From Phoronis australis (lineage: Eukaryota; Animalia; Phoronida): DNA of 64,000 nt. The stretch spans positions 1 through 64,000 of the forward strand of contig NMRA01000855.1 in assembly GCA_002633005.1 (NCBI GenBank). The letters run 5' to 3'. Position 1 is the stretch's first letter. Each line of letters starts with the position of its first letter. A model generated the notes under the pieces. The model did not search any database. It worked only from the letters and a program-made list of their open reading frames with translations, and was not told the DNA's origin. The position numbers were made by a program, and so were the translations under genes. Below are positions 24,903-37,520 of this stretch, piece after piece.

Positions 24903-26799
24903 AATGATTTTTCAAAAAGCACTTTTCCTTGAATCTTTTTTCAACATATGCTGTGCTCTAAAACACTTCCTATGATCTACTTCAAAGTTGTCAGATCAGT
25001 AAAGAAGTGTAAAAACAAAGCCATTATTAGTACCTTTCTATTCTAACACTTGGTTCTAGTCTCTTATTGCAGACATAGATATTCTAAGGGCAAGTCTGGA
25101 GCCAGGTGAACTTATGGTAACTTATCATTACTTAAGGTTATGCAAGACCATACAGGCAAGTCTGTACATTGGGACAAACATCCATCAAACTAAAAAATTA
25201 AGTAAGGCTGCATATTTTCTGATGTTAGAAAGCCTGCAGAATTGTTTTACTTTAATCCAATGTGCCATTGATTAGGTCGTCAAGTGACCGTGTCTTCGCA
25301 TTAAAGTTTAGGAAATAAGAAAGTTATGAAAAATAATGGTATGGATAGCATGACCAAATTCCCTTTTGATATAAATGATATTTAAATTTAATGATCATTG
25401 TTTTAATCTTAAACTTTTGAGTTTTTGTGTACATACAATAGCAGTCCTATTATTTGAAAACACTTCTGGCAAATTGAATCATATTGAAAACAACTGCAAC
25501 ACAGAGTTTTGGAGAACAGTCCATAACATGAGACAACTCCTACACCAAGAGAGTCCAAGCCTTACTATGACTACCGTAAACCACCCCAATCGATTCACAA
25601 ATTAATGCTCGTGACTTAGCCACGATACTGAAGAAAACCTCTTAGCTAATTTTTGTTGTAATGCCTCAATTTTAAAAATTCGAAGATGGCTACTATTTAT
25701 TTTTCAATTTTAAAAACCGTCACGTTGGTCGTTAGCCTAACTTATTGCTCATTTTTTACTTTGAAACATGTACGCTAAACAGGCGTGTTGGTTTATGACC
25801 ACAGCTTTCTGATCCAGCACATTCAGCCAAGCCCATGAATAGTGACTAGCTCACTTCATTACGTGATGGCGCCATCAAGCCTTTGATGTGTCGAGGACTT
25901 TGCCGGATACTCTGGGGTACACACTGCACTCTTTCTCATCCACTAGCGTGAAATCCAAGAAGATCGAATTTAAGATGTGGATTATGAGATTGTGCAAATA
26001 AGCAGAATTTACTGCAACTCTAAACAAACATAACAAGGCAGCATAATGATCTTATTCATAACTATACCGTGAGTAACAGGAGACAGTCAGAGTGTTAAAG
26101 TTAGGGTTTCACTCAATGTCTGAAAATAGATCATTACAAAAACGGTTTCTTAAGAGACCAGTCCAGATATCACTTTTGTCCACTGTTAAGCGTTCATGTA
26201 CTTTTGTCTGAATCGGGACTCAAAGGCCAATTATATTCCACAGATCAAAGACTTATTGAAACCATTCATCGACAGATACGTTTTATTGGATTTCTTCGGG
26301 TAAAATCATTCCAACTAAACATTTCATAGGAAATTCAATTTCAGAAGCAAAACAGTTTCAATCCAGGATACATAAAAAAGCTAAAGTAAATTTCTGAACT
26401 TAATCTAACCAAACATTGAGAGGGGTAGACAGTGGAATTTACTTATACAAGCATTTTAAGACTTAATGGTCTGTCAGCTAAAGATGCAAAATGCACCCAA
26501 ACATTCAATCATCTGCTGACATTTTTTCAGTGACCATAGTGAGTAACTATAAACCTGTGCCTTCCACCATAAAAACAACTTTTGACTTTGACCACTCACA
26601 TTTATGAAATTGTTGTCAAGTGGTTCCCTTAGAAATCAAAACAGTGTTGTGATTTCTGTGCTCCGGAAAGAACTTGGCTGGCATAAAACGAAAACAAAAT
26701 ATTTCAGAAAACTGTAAGGATTTTTGTGACCTCTATCTAATAAAATGTGACCGTGTTATTTATATCGTTATTTTGCAGTCAAAACCTTTATTTTTTACA

Positions 26800-27290
26800 A
26801 CATTTTACAAAGACACGGACATGTATATCCGCACTCATTTACTAGGAAAACTCCAATTATTGCCCGGGTTTGCTTTTAAAGAATACTTTACCAAGTGGCC
26901 CAATCAATGTCAAGTTTAAAAAATTGTGTTAAATCATTTCTTACCGTTAATAGTCTCACACCTACTCTTACTACTAAATTAAGTTTATTGCCTGAAAAAG
27001 AAATTGCCGTTAACCAAGTGCGAGAGGGGTTGAACGTATATTCACAGACGTTCTATAACTTTGCCATTTCTTCTGATAAATGCACCTGTGGTGCAATTAA
27101 TAGTGATGCTCTCTACTTGCTCTCATGCCCCATCTATAATCTTGAGTGTGAAAAGCTGTTTTGCAACCTGCAATCCAACGATCATATCTGGTTACATTTT
27201 CAAATTTTTAGTAACAGGCATGAAAAAGCTAGTTTTATATTACATGATTGTTTGTCTATATCACAATTTAAATCACGATTGTAATGCTTT
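26800..27290 (+). pseudogene. 3' remnant of a CR1/L2-like LINE ORF2
   Basis: NQVREGLNVYSQTFYNFAISSDKCTCGAINSDALYLLSCPIY resembles the C-terminal R.R.G...L...L......C.CG...E...H.LL.CP.Y zinc-knuckle of CR1/L2-group ORF2; frameshifted upstream. Confidence 0.6.
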
Positions 27291-27843
27291 ACTACCTAGA
27301 AATCCTAGTGATTTTAAGTCATAACAAGGAATTGCAACAATATCTACACTGAGCTTTTTGGTTTGTTTTATGCTTTTCTATATTGTTCTCTTTTAAATGT
27401 TCTCCTTTATTACCTTAGGACTTTGTTCCTGTTTTTTTTGTTTTCTTTACTTTTGCCTGTTTTTTGTTTTCTTTACTTTTGGTGTTTTTGCTCAATATCA
27501 TGTTTCACTTAAGGTAGGTGTATACACTGATCAAATCTCCAGGTTCCTAACTAAAATGAGTAAAAAGGGAGTTTTAACTAGTTAGATATGACTCTGAAAG
27601 TGACAAAAATCGAAAAAAAAAAGTTTTTTTGTGGTTCGTTTTTTAAAAAATCGTATTTTTTAATTTTCAAAAAATCCAATTTTACCTCGATTTTTTTTTC
27701 AAAATGCACAGGGATCATCATCAACTGTTTCCTTACGCAATATTCTACTTATCCATACCAAATATATGTACAAAATCATTATGATTTTGATTTTGTGGCA
27801 TTTTTTGTGTGTAAGTTGGGGCAAGCACGCCACTTTTTGTCAT

Positions 27844-27939
27844 NNNNNNNNNNNNNNNNNNNNNNNNNNNNNNNNNNNNNNNNNNNNNNNNNNNNNNNNN
27901 NNNNNNNNNNNNNNNNNNNNNNNNNNNNNNNNNNNNNNN
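27844..27939. other. Assembly gap (N run)
   Basis: Run of N bases. Confidence 1.
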
Positions 27940-28133
27940 GATTCACTCCATTTCTATTTTGTATAAATTTTCGATTGGTTTTAGGTAAAAACATTATACT
28001 AACAAAAATAAGTCGGTGTGTCTTAAAAGGTCAAGACCTCCAACCCCGGGCCTCTGATATAGAAAGTAGTTACAAAGCCGAGGCGAGTTGAGAAAGGTAG
28101 ATTCATTGTAATGTTTCTCGTTCAGTATGTGGT

Positions 28134-28276
28134 ATAAATAGATTATTACATCTTCTCAGACATTATCCCCCTTATCTAGAGCCCTCGTGGATTTTGTAGA
28201 ATTCTCCAAAGTCCACTCTGGCTCTAGATTACGGGGCGGGGGTTAACGACTTTGCCATGTAATAATCTATATTTAT
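28134..28276. repeat. ~140 bp foldback / mini-MITE
   Basis: ATAAATAGATTATTACAT...CCCCTTATCTAGAGCC pairs with GGCTCTAGATTACGGGG...ATGTAATAATCTATATTTAT. Confidence 0.65.
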
Positions 28277-31200
28277 CTGTGCAGCAATAAAAAGACATGG
28301 TCATATGACCCAATTAATGGCAGATGAGTACATAGTCAAAAATCCCTGCATGTCTTTCAAAAAATATGTACTTTCACTGACTTGAAATCAACTGTTATGT
28401 AGGTGTAAGGCTAAATACATAGACATGCCAATAATGTCTTACATTACCTTAACTAGACTAAAGTTATGAACGCTCTCTGACGTAAGAGCTTAAACAACTA
28501 GCTGGTCATACCTGCAGACATTTTAATAACAGGAATAATTGCCAAGTCTAAGATATTATTCATTTGGCATTCAAGGAAAATTATTCACTGTTGCTCTGGC
28601 CAACCAGTATAGGTGTACATTTTACGTGTTCATTTGAGAAGTAATCAGCTGTGCATTTGGTCACAGGTATGTTGATTAATGCCGTCGCCCCTTGCAGTCA
28701 CAGCTAATTGAACGCCAGCATACAATTGGACGTGTACCTGAACACTGGATTCTTTTCCGTTTTTGCATAACACACGATGAACATGGAGCGTAGGCAGTTG
28801 GGAATCTAATGACATTGTTATGTGAATAGTTTTACAGAGTAGGCTGTTTGAAATACACAACACCCAATACCTGAGTGTAAAAGTATGATTTAAGTTTGAA
28901 CAGCGTCATATCTTTATGCGTACTCCGGGAGGTGGGATATACCAAGACTGAGGAACAAAGACACAGTTACACCAATAATTACCTGGGCATTTATACAGGT
29001 AAGTAGTCAAAAGCATTAACAGTAGGAATGGTCTCATTTACAGAGTCACTTATCCAGATATAGTCCTGAGCTGGGTTGCATAAAACTTCAAAGTTATACG
29101 CTGGATAAGTTTGATTGTTGCATGACATCAGGAGCATTGTTCAACAATAACAACGTGACGCGTGATAATGCGACGTCATTGTTGCTATACGGCGTATAAC
29201 TTTTAAGCAACTGGGCCCAGATGTCTTGGCGAGATAGTAGTTTGAAGACTTTCGCTGTTCACAGTTCATGTGAAAAAATGAGCCAACTTAAGTGGCGATG
29301 GCTAGAGTAGCGTCGTTGAGTCTTTCAATAATGACAACCTATGTAAAAAAATGACGAGGCAATCTCTATTAGATCAGACCTCCAAAAACAAAAAATAACA
29401 TTCACGAGCCAGGACTAATATGATTACGTGAAATATCTTTTTGACGATAGCTTTGCTTTATTCAGTTTCGTTAAGAGTGGTTATTTTGACTGCTTTTGAC
29501 TCGGAGGAGTATATTTCAAGACAGTTTTTTTCAAATTGGGATACTGAAATTATATCCAAATGTAATACTTGTAAATATTATAACCAATTTATTTAATGGT
29601 TTACATAATAAATTTACCATGTTTGGCTTTACTTTTATGTATTCTATTTATATACTATATCTGTCCAGTAGCGCTGCCGGAGTATTTTCATTGAGAAACC
29701 AAAAAATCAAGGGTCCCTCGCTGAAAATTGCCAACAAACGCCATGAGAGGCCTACCACACAATCAGTTTCAATGATGAGGTGGTTAGGATCTTTACAGGA
29801 ATGTTGTTGAGTGACTTTTGTGAACAATCCACACTACGGCTAGCAAACCACAACATTGACGAGATCTAGCCTGCCTCAGAGCATTGCCTGTGAACTAAAC
29901 AAAAACCGCTTAATGTTACCAGATATTGTCAGATTCGTCACCAACATAAAAAATCTGTAGAGAATGGTCTTCAAACGAAAAAATCCACCCCCAATGAGCA
30001 TTTTTTGTATTGATGTGACAAGTTCAGCCTATTACTAGCCCTGTCAGTGCATTGAAACCATAAGGTATCCCACATTTCATCTTTCCATCTTATGAGATTT
30101 CATGGTTATGCAAAGCATTTAAAAACAAGATCATTCCGCTATCAGTACTAGTGCATGTAAACCTGAAAGCGCCGCACTTTACGAAGAGAAGCCGCAACAT
30201 AAGCACATAGAGTTAATACAATGCACATACATCGCGCTCGAAGGGCATGCCATAAAACTATAACCCGACTCTTTTAATAAAAGGGGTACAACATTTTACT
30301 CTGACACCAGAGGTCATTTGAAAGTTTTTTTAATTCAAGGACAAATATCATGCAAAACTAGTCACACTTGTGACTTCTAGCACAATGGCATTTATATGAA
30401 AAGTTGCGTCATAGAGCGTACAAATTTTATTTACATTGTTTTACTCTTACAGTCTTTTTAACTACACAACTTCCTGAAATCAGTTTGAAAATTGTGAAAG
30501 CCGTGGTTAACAGAAGTTGTCCCTTCAATAGGGTACATTCACCCCTCCAATTAGGTAGGTACAGCCTAGATAAGCAGAGCAGGGCTTAACAATGGTTAAT
30601 GTCCTTCAGAGGCCTACTGTGTAATGTACTATGGACAATATCATGCCCTGAAAATTATCATCATCACATGATGAATGATTGGAGGGGTTGGAGATGCTTG
30701 TTTACTTGAACAAATGATTCTAGTTTATGTTGTAGTTAGGGAAACTATTCACTTATTTCACACCAAAATAGTTGCCAAAATCGTTATTTTCCATTTTTCA
30801 AAGGCTGGTTACTTTACTGCAAATAACAGAAAATTTACCAAAAAATGTTTTGAGACATGGTACAAACCATGCTAGTGATACAATAAAATTTTTTAATCTT
30901 TATTTTTGTGTAAAAATATGACAAAATAAAATTTCACTTGTGCTTTAAATAAGTGAATAACTACTTTAGGTCCAGCGACTTCACCTGCAAATGTCAAATA
31001 CAACATGAGTGGACTCACGAGACAGCAGGCACTGTTTTGTAAGCCAGAGGTGTCCATGTATTTTGGGATCAGAGGCTTCCAGTAGATGGGCATTCATGAA
31101 GACAAGGAGGCTTTAAGGACCAGATAAACTAGAAATGAACACAATGGGCTATCAAAAGAAATTTTTTTGATAATTTGGCAGAGGGCAATTAGCCCACTGT

Positions 31201-33924
31201 TGACGTCAACCAGACAGATGTGATATTTACTAATTAATTTCTTAGTAGATGGTCTTTTCTTTAACGTAGATTAACATCACAATCCCAATCACTAAATGAT
31301 CATTTTACACTGCATGTCAAACTCTCTTAAATAATAATCCAGCACTGCAAAATATTTTGTTTTAGCTGAGCTGAATATCAGCATGTTTATGTATAAAATT
31401 ATTAGTAAACACAACACTATTTTCGGCTTATTGTGTAAACACCTTCACCAATTCATTTGGTTGGTCAATTATACAAACTTCAGGGATCTGAATGAACACA
31501 TGTGTTGTGTGTGACACAACCTTGAAAGCTGTTAATAATGCCACTGTGGGGAGGTTTAGCAACAAACCAAAAGAATGTTTTACAAAGGCAATGATTGAAA
31601 TCACTAATACATTAGCAAGTAATTGTATGTTCAAACAAACTACAGCCTAGGGGAAGAATGGTTCACTGTTCAGGCTATAGTAACCTGGCCTGTTTCCTTT
31701 CAGTCAGCTGGGCTTGATTGCATTATATATATAAGTGGAGCCCCCACATTGGTTACACTGAGATAGAGACTTGTTGTTGACAAGGACAGAGCTTCTTCAG
31801 GTAAATCAAGGTAAGTGACAGGCAGCAAAAACAAGCTACAAATTTTGTTTCAACGCAATTACAGGTAGAATGAATCCTCGTCAACTTTCCTCTAGTATTA
31901 GAAACTGCTGATTTAAGGATTCTCCGGTTGAGTGAATAATTCATATAACGCTGTTTCACAGAAAAAGAAGGTGGAAGTTGTAGACGGTTGTAACAGAAAC
32001 AATGCCCTATCATAACCACCTCTTTATTTTATAGAATTTACAAAAGCTTTCAATTTGGTAAAAGATCACTAATTAACGACAAAAATAGTTGCTAAAATTC
32101 CCCTATTGTCATTTCTAATGGTTTCTAACGTGAATGCTCACAATTTCTCAAATAGTGATTGTCTGATGGTTCATGAAGCACCGGTGTGAAACTTCAAGCT
32201 GATCAAGCATTTATTTTGCATTACATATCTGTTGAAGATGAAAAATGAAATTCCGCTTGTCCACCATATTGTGCTCTCAAGTGGTAAAGTTTTACCACAA
32301 TTTACACAAGGACAATATACCACAGTTTACAACCAATATTTACTAATTTACTGTAATGTAACTAATTTACTTGTTACTCCAATTTTGAAAAACATGAAGT
32401 CAATGTTTTTTGTTTAAACAATTCAGAAATACCTTGAAGCAACACCAGTTATTAAGTGTTGGTCAAATTCTTCACCTCATGACACAGCATTGCAGACAAG
32501 TGAGATCTCATTTTGTCAAATTTCAGAAAAAAATTAACAAGAATTTCACTTCCCTGCTAGCCTAGTTTGTATGCGGGTACAGCTGTCTCGCAACACCATT
32601 TGGTAAAATGATGAGTATTTGCTGCAATATGCCTTTGCAATTTTACGACTCATTCATCGAAGAATTTTTGTAGTAGGACACTCCCAACTGTGAGTGAGTC
32701 TCAGATCAACAAAAAACAATGACCATTCTTTACTCTACTAGTTGTGCTGCTTATTGTAGACCCCAAGAAAAGACTGCACTTTAGTTTCATTTGTAAAGAT
32801 CAACTATGAACAGTAACTCAACTGTACATACAGTGCGCAACAAAAGCAATCACTCAAATTACCATTTCAGTGGCATGACTGCTTACTTGGTTAACTGGAA
32901 AATTACTGGTAATGACTATTATGGGGACAAAATTATGATTACAGGACAAATACACTGACAATGAATTTGTCTTCAGCTCAGCTGTCACCACTGGAATTCG
33001 GGGTCATTTTGTTTAAATGCTTTTGACTGGTACTGTACCTACAACAAGAAAAATATACACCCCACAGAGTCAACACATAAAGTCCAATGTGTATTACCAA
33101 AACTATCAGTCAAAAATTATTAATGTTTCAAAACGTATTAGGGATGAGGTAAAACAAAATTGTGCAATTGCACACAATGGTGCGACCACTAGTGGTATTT
33201 GCAGGGGTGACCAACATAGACATGAAACTAAATAATCTAATTTGTGAATAAAAACAAATCTGGCTAGAAAACACAGGTATAAGGAGGTCATGGCAACCAA
33301 TAGGCCAGCCACAACAACAACTTTCTACCCCAATGAACAACAGGCATGGCACATTTGTTAGCCAAGGTAGGTTAGGTGTATCTATAACTTGATATGACGG
33401 TGACCATTCATATGGCTTTGATCAGTATCTGAAATCTTGCAAGTAATAAAAAAGTAAATGACATTGTCAAGCCACATAGAAACAATTAAGACCATGGATT
33501 GATCAAATATCGGGAGAGGCTTCTCCCTTAAAATGGGTACGTAGGGATGTGCTGCTTTTTTTGGGCCTCTGGGGTGGGTAATTTGGTTTGAGGTATTGTC
33601 GCGGTTAGGTATCTGTAAAAGTTACCTCTGCTCTATGGTTGCTGATACATTGCCGGGCACCTGACACAAAAGTGGCATTTTACAGGACTTATCATCTATC
33701 AAATGTTGTTGTTGGTAACGAGGATAGAAACCCATCACAGTCATGATGAGACAGATCTTATGACAATAAAAGACCAGATTTGATTTTCAAATCTTAACCA
33801 AGTAAATAAGGTGAAACTCAGTTTTAAAAACTTTAACGTCAACAGAACATAAAAAATTGTGGTGGTCTAACACAAAGGCGTTAGCTTTTTAGAGAACATC
33901 CATATGGAATTTGCCATCCCGCGG

Positions 33925-34205
33925 GCTAACTCGTATTGACAACGTGCCCGCAGGCATGTGCCAAAAATTGCCGAGAGACCCCGTATTGCAGGTGTCAGGT
34001 CCTATATCCTTTTGCGGGGAAGAGTTATTTGCCTCGCCCCCTTTTGAAGGGTAGTTTTTTGTCTGTTCCACACCTCTTGCGGGGACAAATGGAAATTTAG
34101 GCGCCTACTGGGCTCCGCATGGGTCCTGCAAAACTTGCTGAAAAAGTACTACCTACCCGCAATTTTTGGTACACGCCTGCGGGCACCTTGTCAATAGGAG
34201 TGACC
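33925..34205. mobile_element. GC-rich MITE-like inverted-repeat element
   Basis: ATTGACAACGTGCCCGCAGGCATGTGCCAAAAATTGC pairs with GCAATTTTTGGTACACGCCTGCGGGCACCTTGTCAAT; exact termini unresolved. Confidence 0.6.
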
Positions 34206-34573
34206 ACCCTTCCTTCCCAGGTTTGTAGTATTATGCATACTACATTCCAGGAGTTGATAAACACTACTGGTATTACAGTTACAATAGGTAAATTGAGTCT
34301 TTATGTTATCTATTGTCACAATTTCTAAAAATAATGGTTTCCTTTTTTGTCACAGTTCCCCCTCGCGAAAGCTGGTTTTTCCATCTGGTCTTGATTACTT
34401 TGACTTTCACTAATTCAAGTACCACCCAGCAGACAAAACCTGGCAACTAAATCCAGTGCTAACACATCGGTTGTACTCGAGGATAACTTTTAGAGCAGAG
34501 TAGAGGTCAGTGGACATAACGCATATCTGACCTGCGTTGCCTCAGTGAGTGAAGGGGGCAGCTACATTTTCTT

Positions 34574-34745
34574 ATTGGTTCGATATAAAAGCTCGTGCAG
34601 CAGAACGACATCCACTTTCACATGACATTTACGAAAACACAGGAAAATAAAATGAACGAGCATCAGGACACCCCCCTACCAGTCGTTGACAAAGAACTGT
34701 AGAGTACAGTTCGAAATGTTCGAACTTCTAATCCCCGGTCTCCGA
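34574..34745 (+). promoter_or_regulatory. Candidate core promoter and non-coding first exon of gene B
   Basis: ATTGG (reverse CCAAT) at 34574, TATAAAAG at 34584, pyrimidine-A initiator-like sequence ~25-35 nt downstream, consensus donor CGA|GTAAGT after 34745; the ATG exon at 40695 is preceded by an acceptor, so an upstream exon is required. Confidence 0.55.
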
Positions 34746-35386
34746 GTAAGTTGATTTTACTTATAAACAAATCTTCACCCAGACCATGAAAAAACCTTTT
34801 TCAATCGAATGATCATCAGTTGGGTGGAAAGCTAGTACTGCGCTGCACGTTTAACGCAAAAGAAATTAGGAACTCAAAAAGTTGTGTGTACGGGATTATC
34901 TGGGTTTGGTATGACCATTGACAAAAAAGAGGAAAATTTTCCAAGTGATGTATAGTTCCGCAAATAAATAGGTGTGATAGAAATATTTATTGTGTTGTAA
35001 AATTTAACTGAAATAAATGTTTTTGCATGAATAAAATGAAAAATCATGAAAAAAGAGAGGAAAAAAGAAGGAGCTGGAAACCAAATAAGAGGAAATCGAA
35101 ACCAAACAGGAAATCCTCTTGAGAGGAAAGTTCCAAGCCCTGAATTCTCCTCTTATTGTGCATGAAATAATTACCAAAATTGTCATTTTCCATTTTTCAA
35201 AGTTACATAACTTTGCTACAAACAGTGAAAATTCACCAAATGTTGTTTCATGATAACACCGCAGTACAAAGTAAGATAGTTATAGACTAAAATTTTCTTA
35301 ATTTTCGTTTTTGTGAAGAAATTGGACAAAATAGAATTTCCCTTGCCGGCCATATTATGTGCAAAATTAAGTGAAGAATTACGGTA

Positions 35387-37520
35387 CGGTAAAGTCGCTC
35401 GATTTTCGGACGGCCCGCCATTTTGGGAAAAGAACAAGTATTTCCGAAATGAGTTTTTCATAGTCCACGAAATTCCTACAAGGTCCAAAAACTGCTTTTC
35501 AATGATCCTCGAACTTCGGACAATGTCATAAACATCGGATTTCTGTCCCGCGACTTTCAGACATGGAAAATTTTAGAAACCCTAATTTCGGACTGACGCA
35601 ACTCTCCTGTCACTAACGTTCAATGGATGATTACTTGTCTATAAGGATTGAATCCGAGAATTGGTATAACGAGCTCTGTAATTTTTTACCTAGTCCTGAC
35701 AATGTCACGACCGCTACTCGATTGTCTTACGTTTAGCTTGTGTTTGGCGTTGTATCTATGAAAAGAATCACCGAGTCCCGCATGACGAAAATTTCTGATG
35801 AAAATGGAAATCGGAAATACACCCAAGGTTGCAACTTTTCGTTGTAGCGTTATATGTGCTCTGGTTTAATTAGACAGTGCTGTTCGACTTCCGACTGTGA
35901 CACTGAACTTGCACGCCTGACATCAAGTTGCGTATTTACGAAACTTTATTTTTAAAATGTCCTGGTCTTTGCAAATGCCCTTGCCAGTGGCTAAAATCTC
36001 CCGACGGCTTGTCCGGATGTTATCCTTTTTACGAAGGGAAATATTTTTACGGGCCCCCATACACAATACAGCCAAGTCTGCCCGTCGGATATCGAGCATT
36101 CAGGACATTCTTATGATTCTAAAAATACTCATTGAAGCACACCGTTTGCAGTGCTATCGTGGGCACATTTCAACGCTCCGCGTTGCTCTTGTTGACAACT
36201 GTATTTATATCTACTTAACCCCTAATTGCAAGGTCACAATTTGGCGTGTATAGTCCTCTTTTAAACTCGACAACAATTGGACTAATGCTGTGCTTCCGAA
36301 TGGAATTTTTTTTTCTCAAAAAAGTGTCACGCCTGTTTCTATCTTTAGAGTTCCTGTGCGGATTTTCATTTAATTTTCCCGGACAGTGTTCTTAGAGAGA
36401 AGACATCTTGTTTTGGATAGATTCAATGTATTCTGTGCCATTTAACGACATTAAAACCACTACTGAAATTGCATTGTAGTCATGGGTGCATTTCAACGCT
36501 CCATTTAGCTCTTCTTTACAAGCAGCGGGTTCAATGAAATGTGGCGTGTGTTCAGTAGACGCTAGGACCTACGCTAAAACCTAGTCAAAAAGTCACGTGT
36601 TCTCATATAAAATGCACGACAATATCTCACGTAATCTCGCGAAGTCTTGCTTTTTAGCGAGGTCCTAGCGTTACTGAACAGGAGCCTGGTTTAAAGTATC
36701 CAAGGCACCCCACTGTGTTGAGCTGGGTTAACCTAACAAAGAAACTATTGAATTGCTTCAATGGAACTGTGATCATGTGGGTACAATTGAGAAAGCACAT
36801 GTTCTGATGGTCAGGAACCCTCTTTGTGCGTCGAATACGCAAGTCCAGCTTTTTATTGGGAAACATTGAAAAAGCACTTCGGGGCACTCTTTGTGCGTTG
36901 ACAACGCAAACTCAACATTTTTTATTGAAAAAACACTTTTTTACAAAAGAGAATGAGTTGTCTGGAACGTTTCATGTGCGTCAACAATGCAAACCAAACC
37001 AACTCATTGGAAAGCCCATATTTGCCACCAGGAACACTCTTTTTTCACAACGCAGCCCGACATTTCAAGTGAGATAGCGCATTTTTGAAAAAAATCCGTC
37101 ACTTACCGAGAAAGGTTTTTGAGCATTGGCAATGCAAGCCAAATACTTCATATTGAGAAAGCACATTTTTGAAAAGAAATACCAACACTTGTTGGGAACA
37201 TTCTTTGTGTGTTGACAACACACATTTCTTATTGGGAAAGCCAGTTTTTCAAAAATTAATGGCGCAGACCATTTGAGTCTCATTGACCAGGATGCTATCA
37301 AATGATCGAGACAGCAATCTTGATACTACGACCCCTCATTGAAATAATGTACACCCAAATAATGTACACCCACGAAATTCGGACACGAGCAGAAACCCAA
37401 ATTTGGATTCCGCCAAATTCGGACACCACAAAAATGATGTTTCACGAGATTCGTCCAAAATTGATTTTTTTCTATAATTGTAATTAATTTTGAATGTCCA
37501 AAAATCGCGCGACTTTACCA
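35387..37520. mobile_element. ~2.1 kb TA-flanked Tc1/mariner-superfamily non-autonomous element
   Basis: TIR GGTAAAGTCGCTCGATTTTCGGAC / GTCCAAAAATCGCGCGACTTTACC; subterminal TTCGGAC repeats; internal diverged tandem units at 36760-37250; interrupts a dispersed repeat also seen at ~20510-20720. Confidence 0.75.

Noticed and set aside
34780-34825. Minus-strand hammerhead ribozyme (CTGATGA...GAAA)
   Set aside because: Stem II closing pair is non-canonical and stem I does not pair convincingly.
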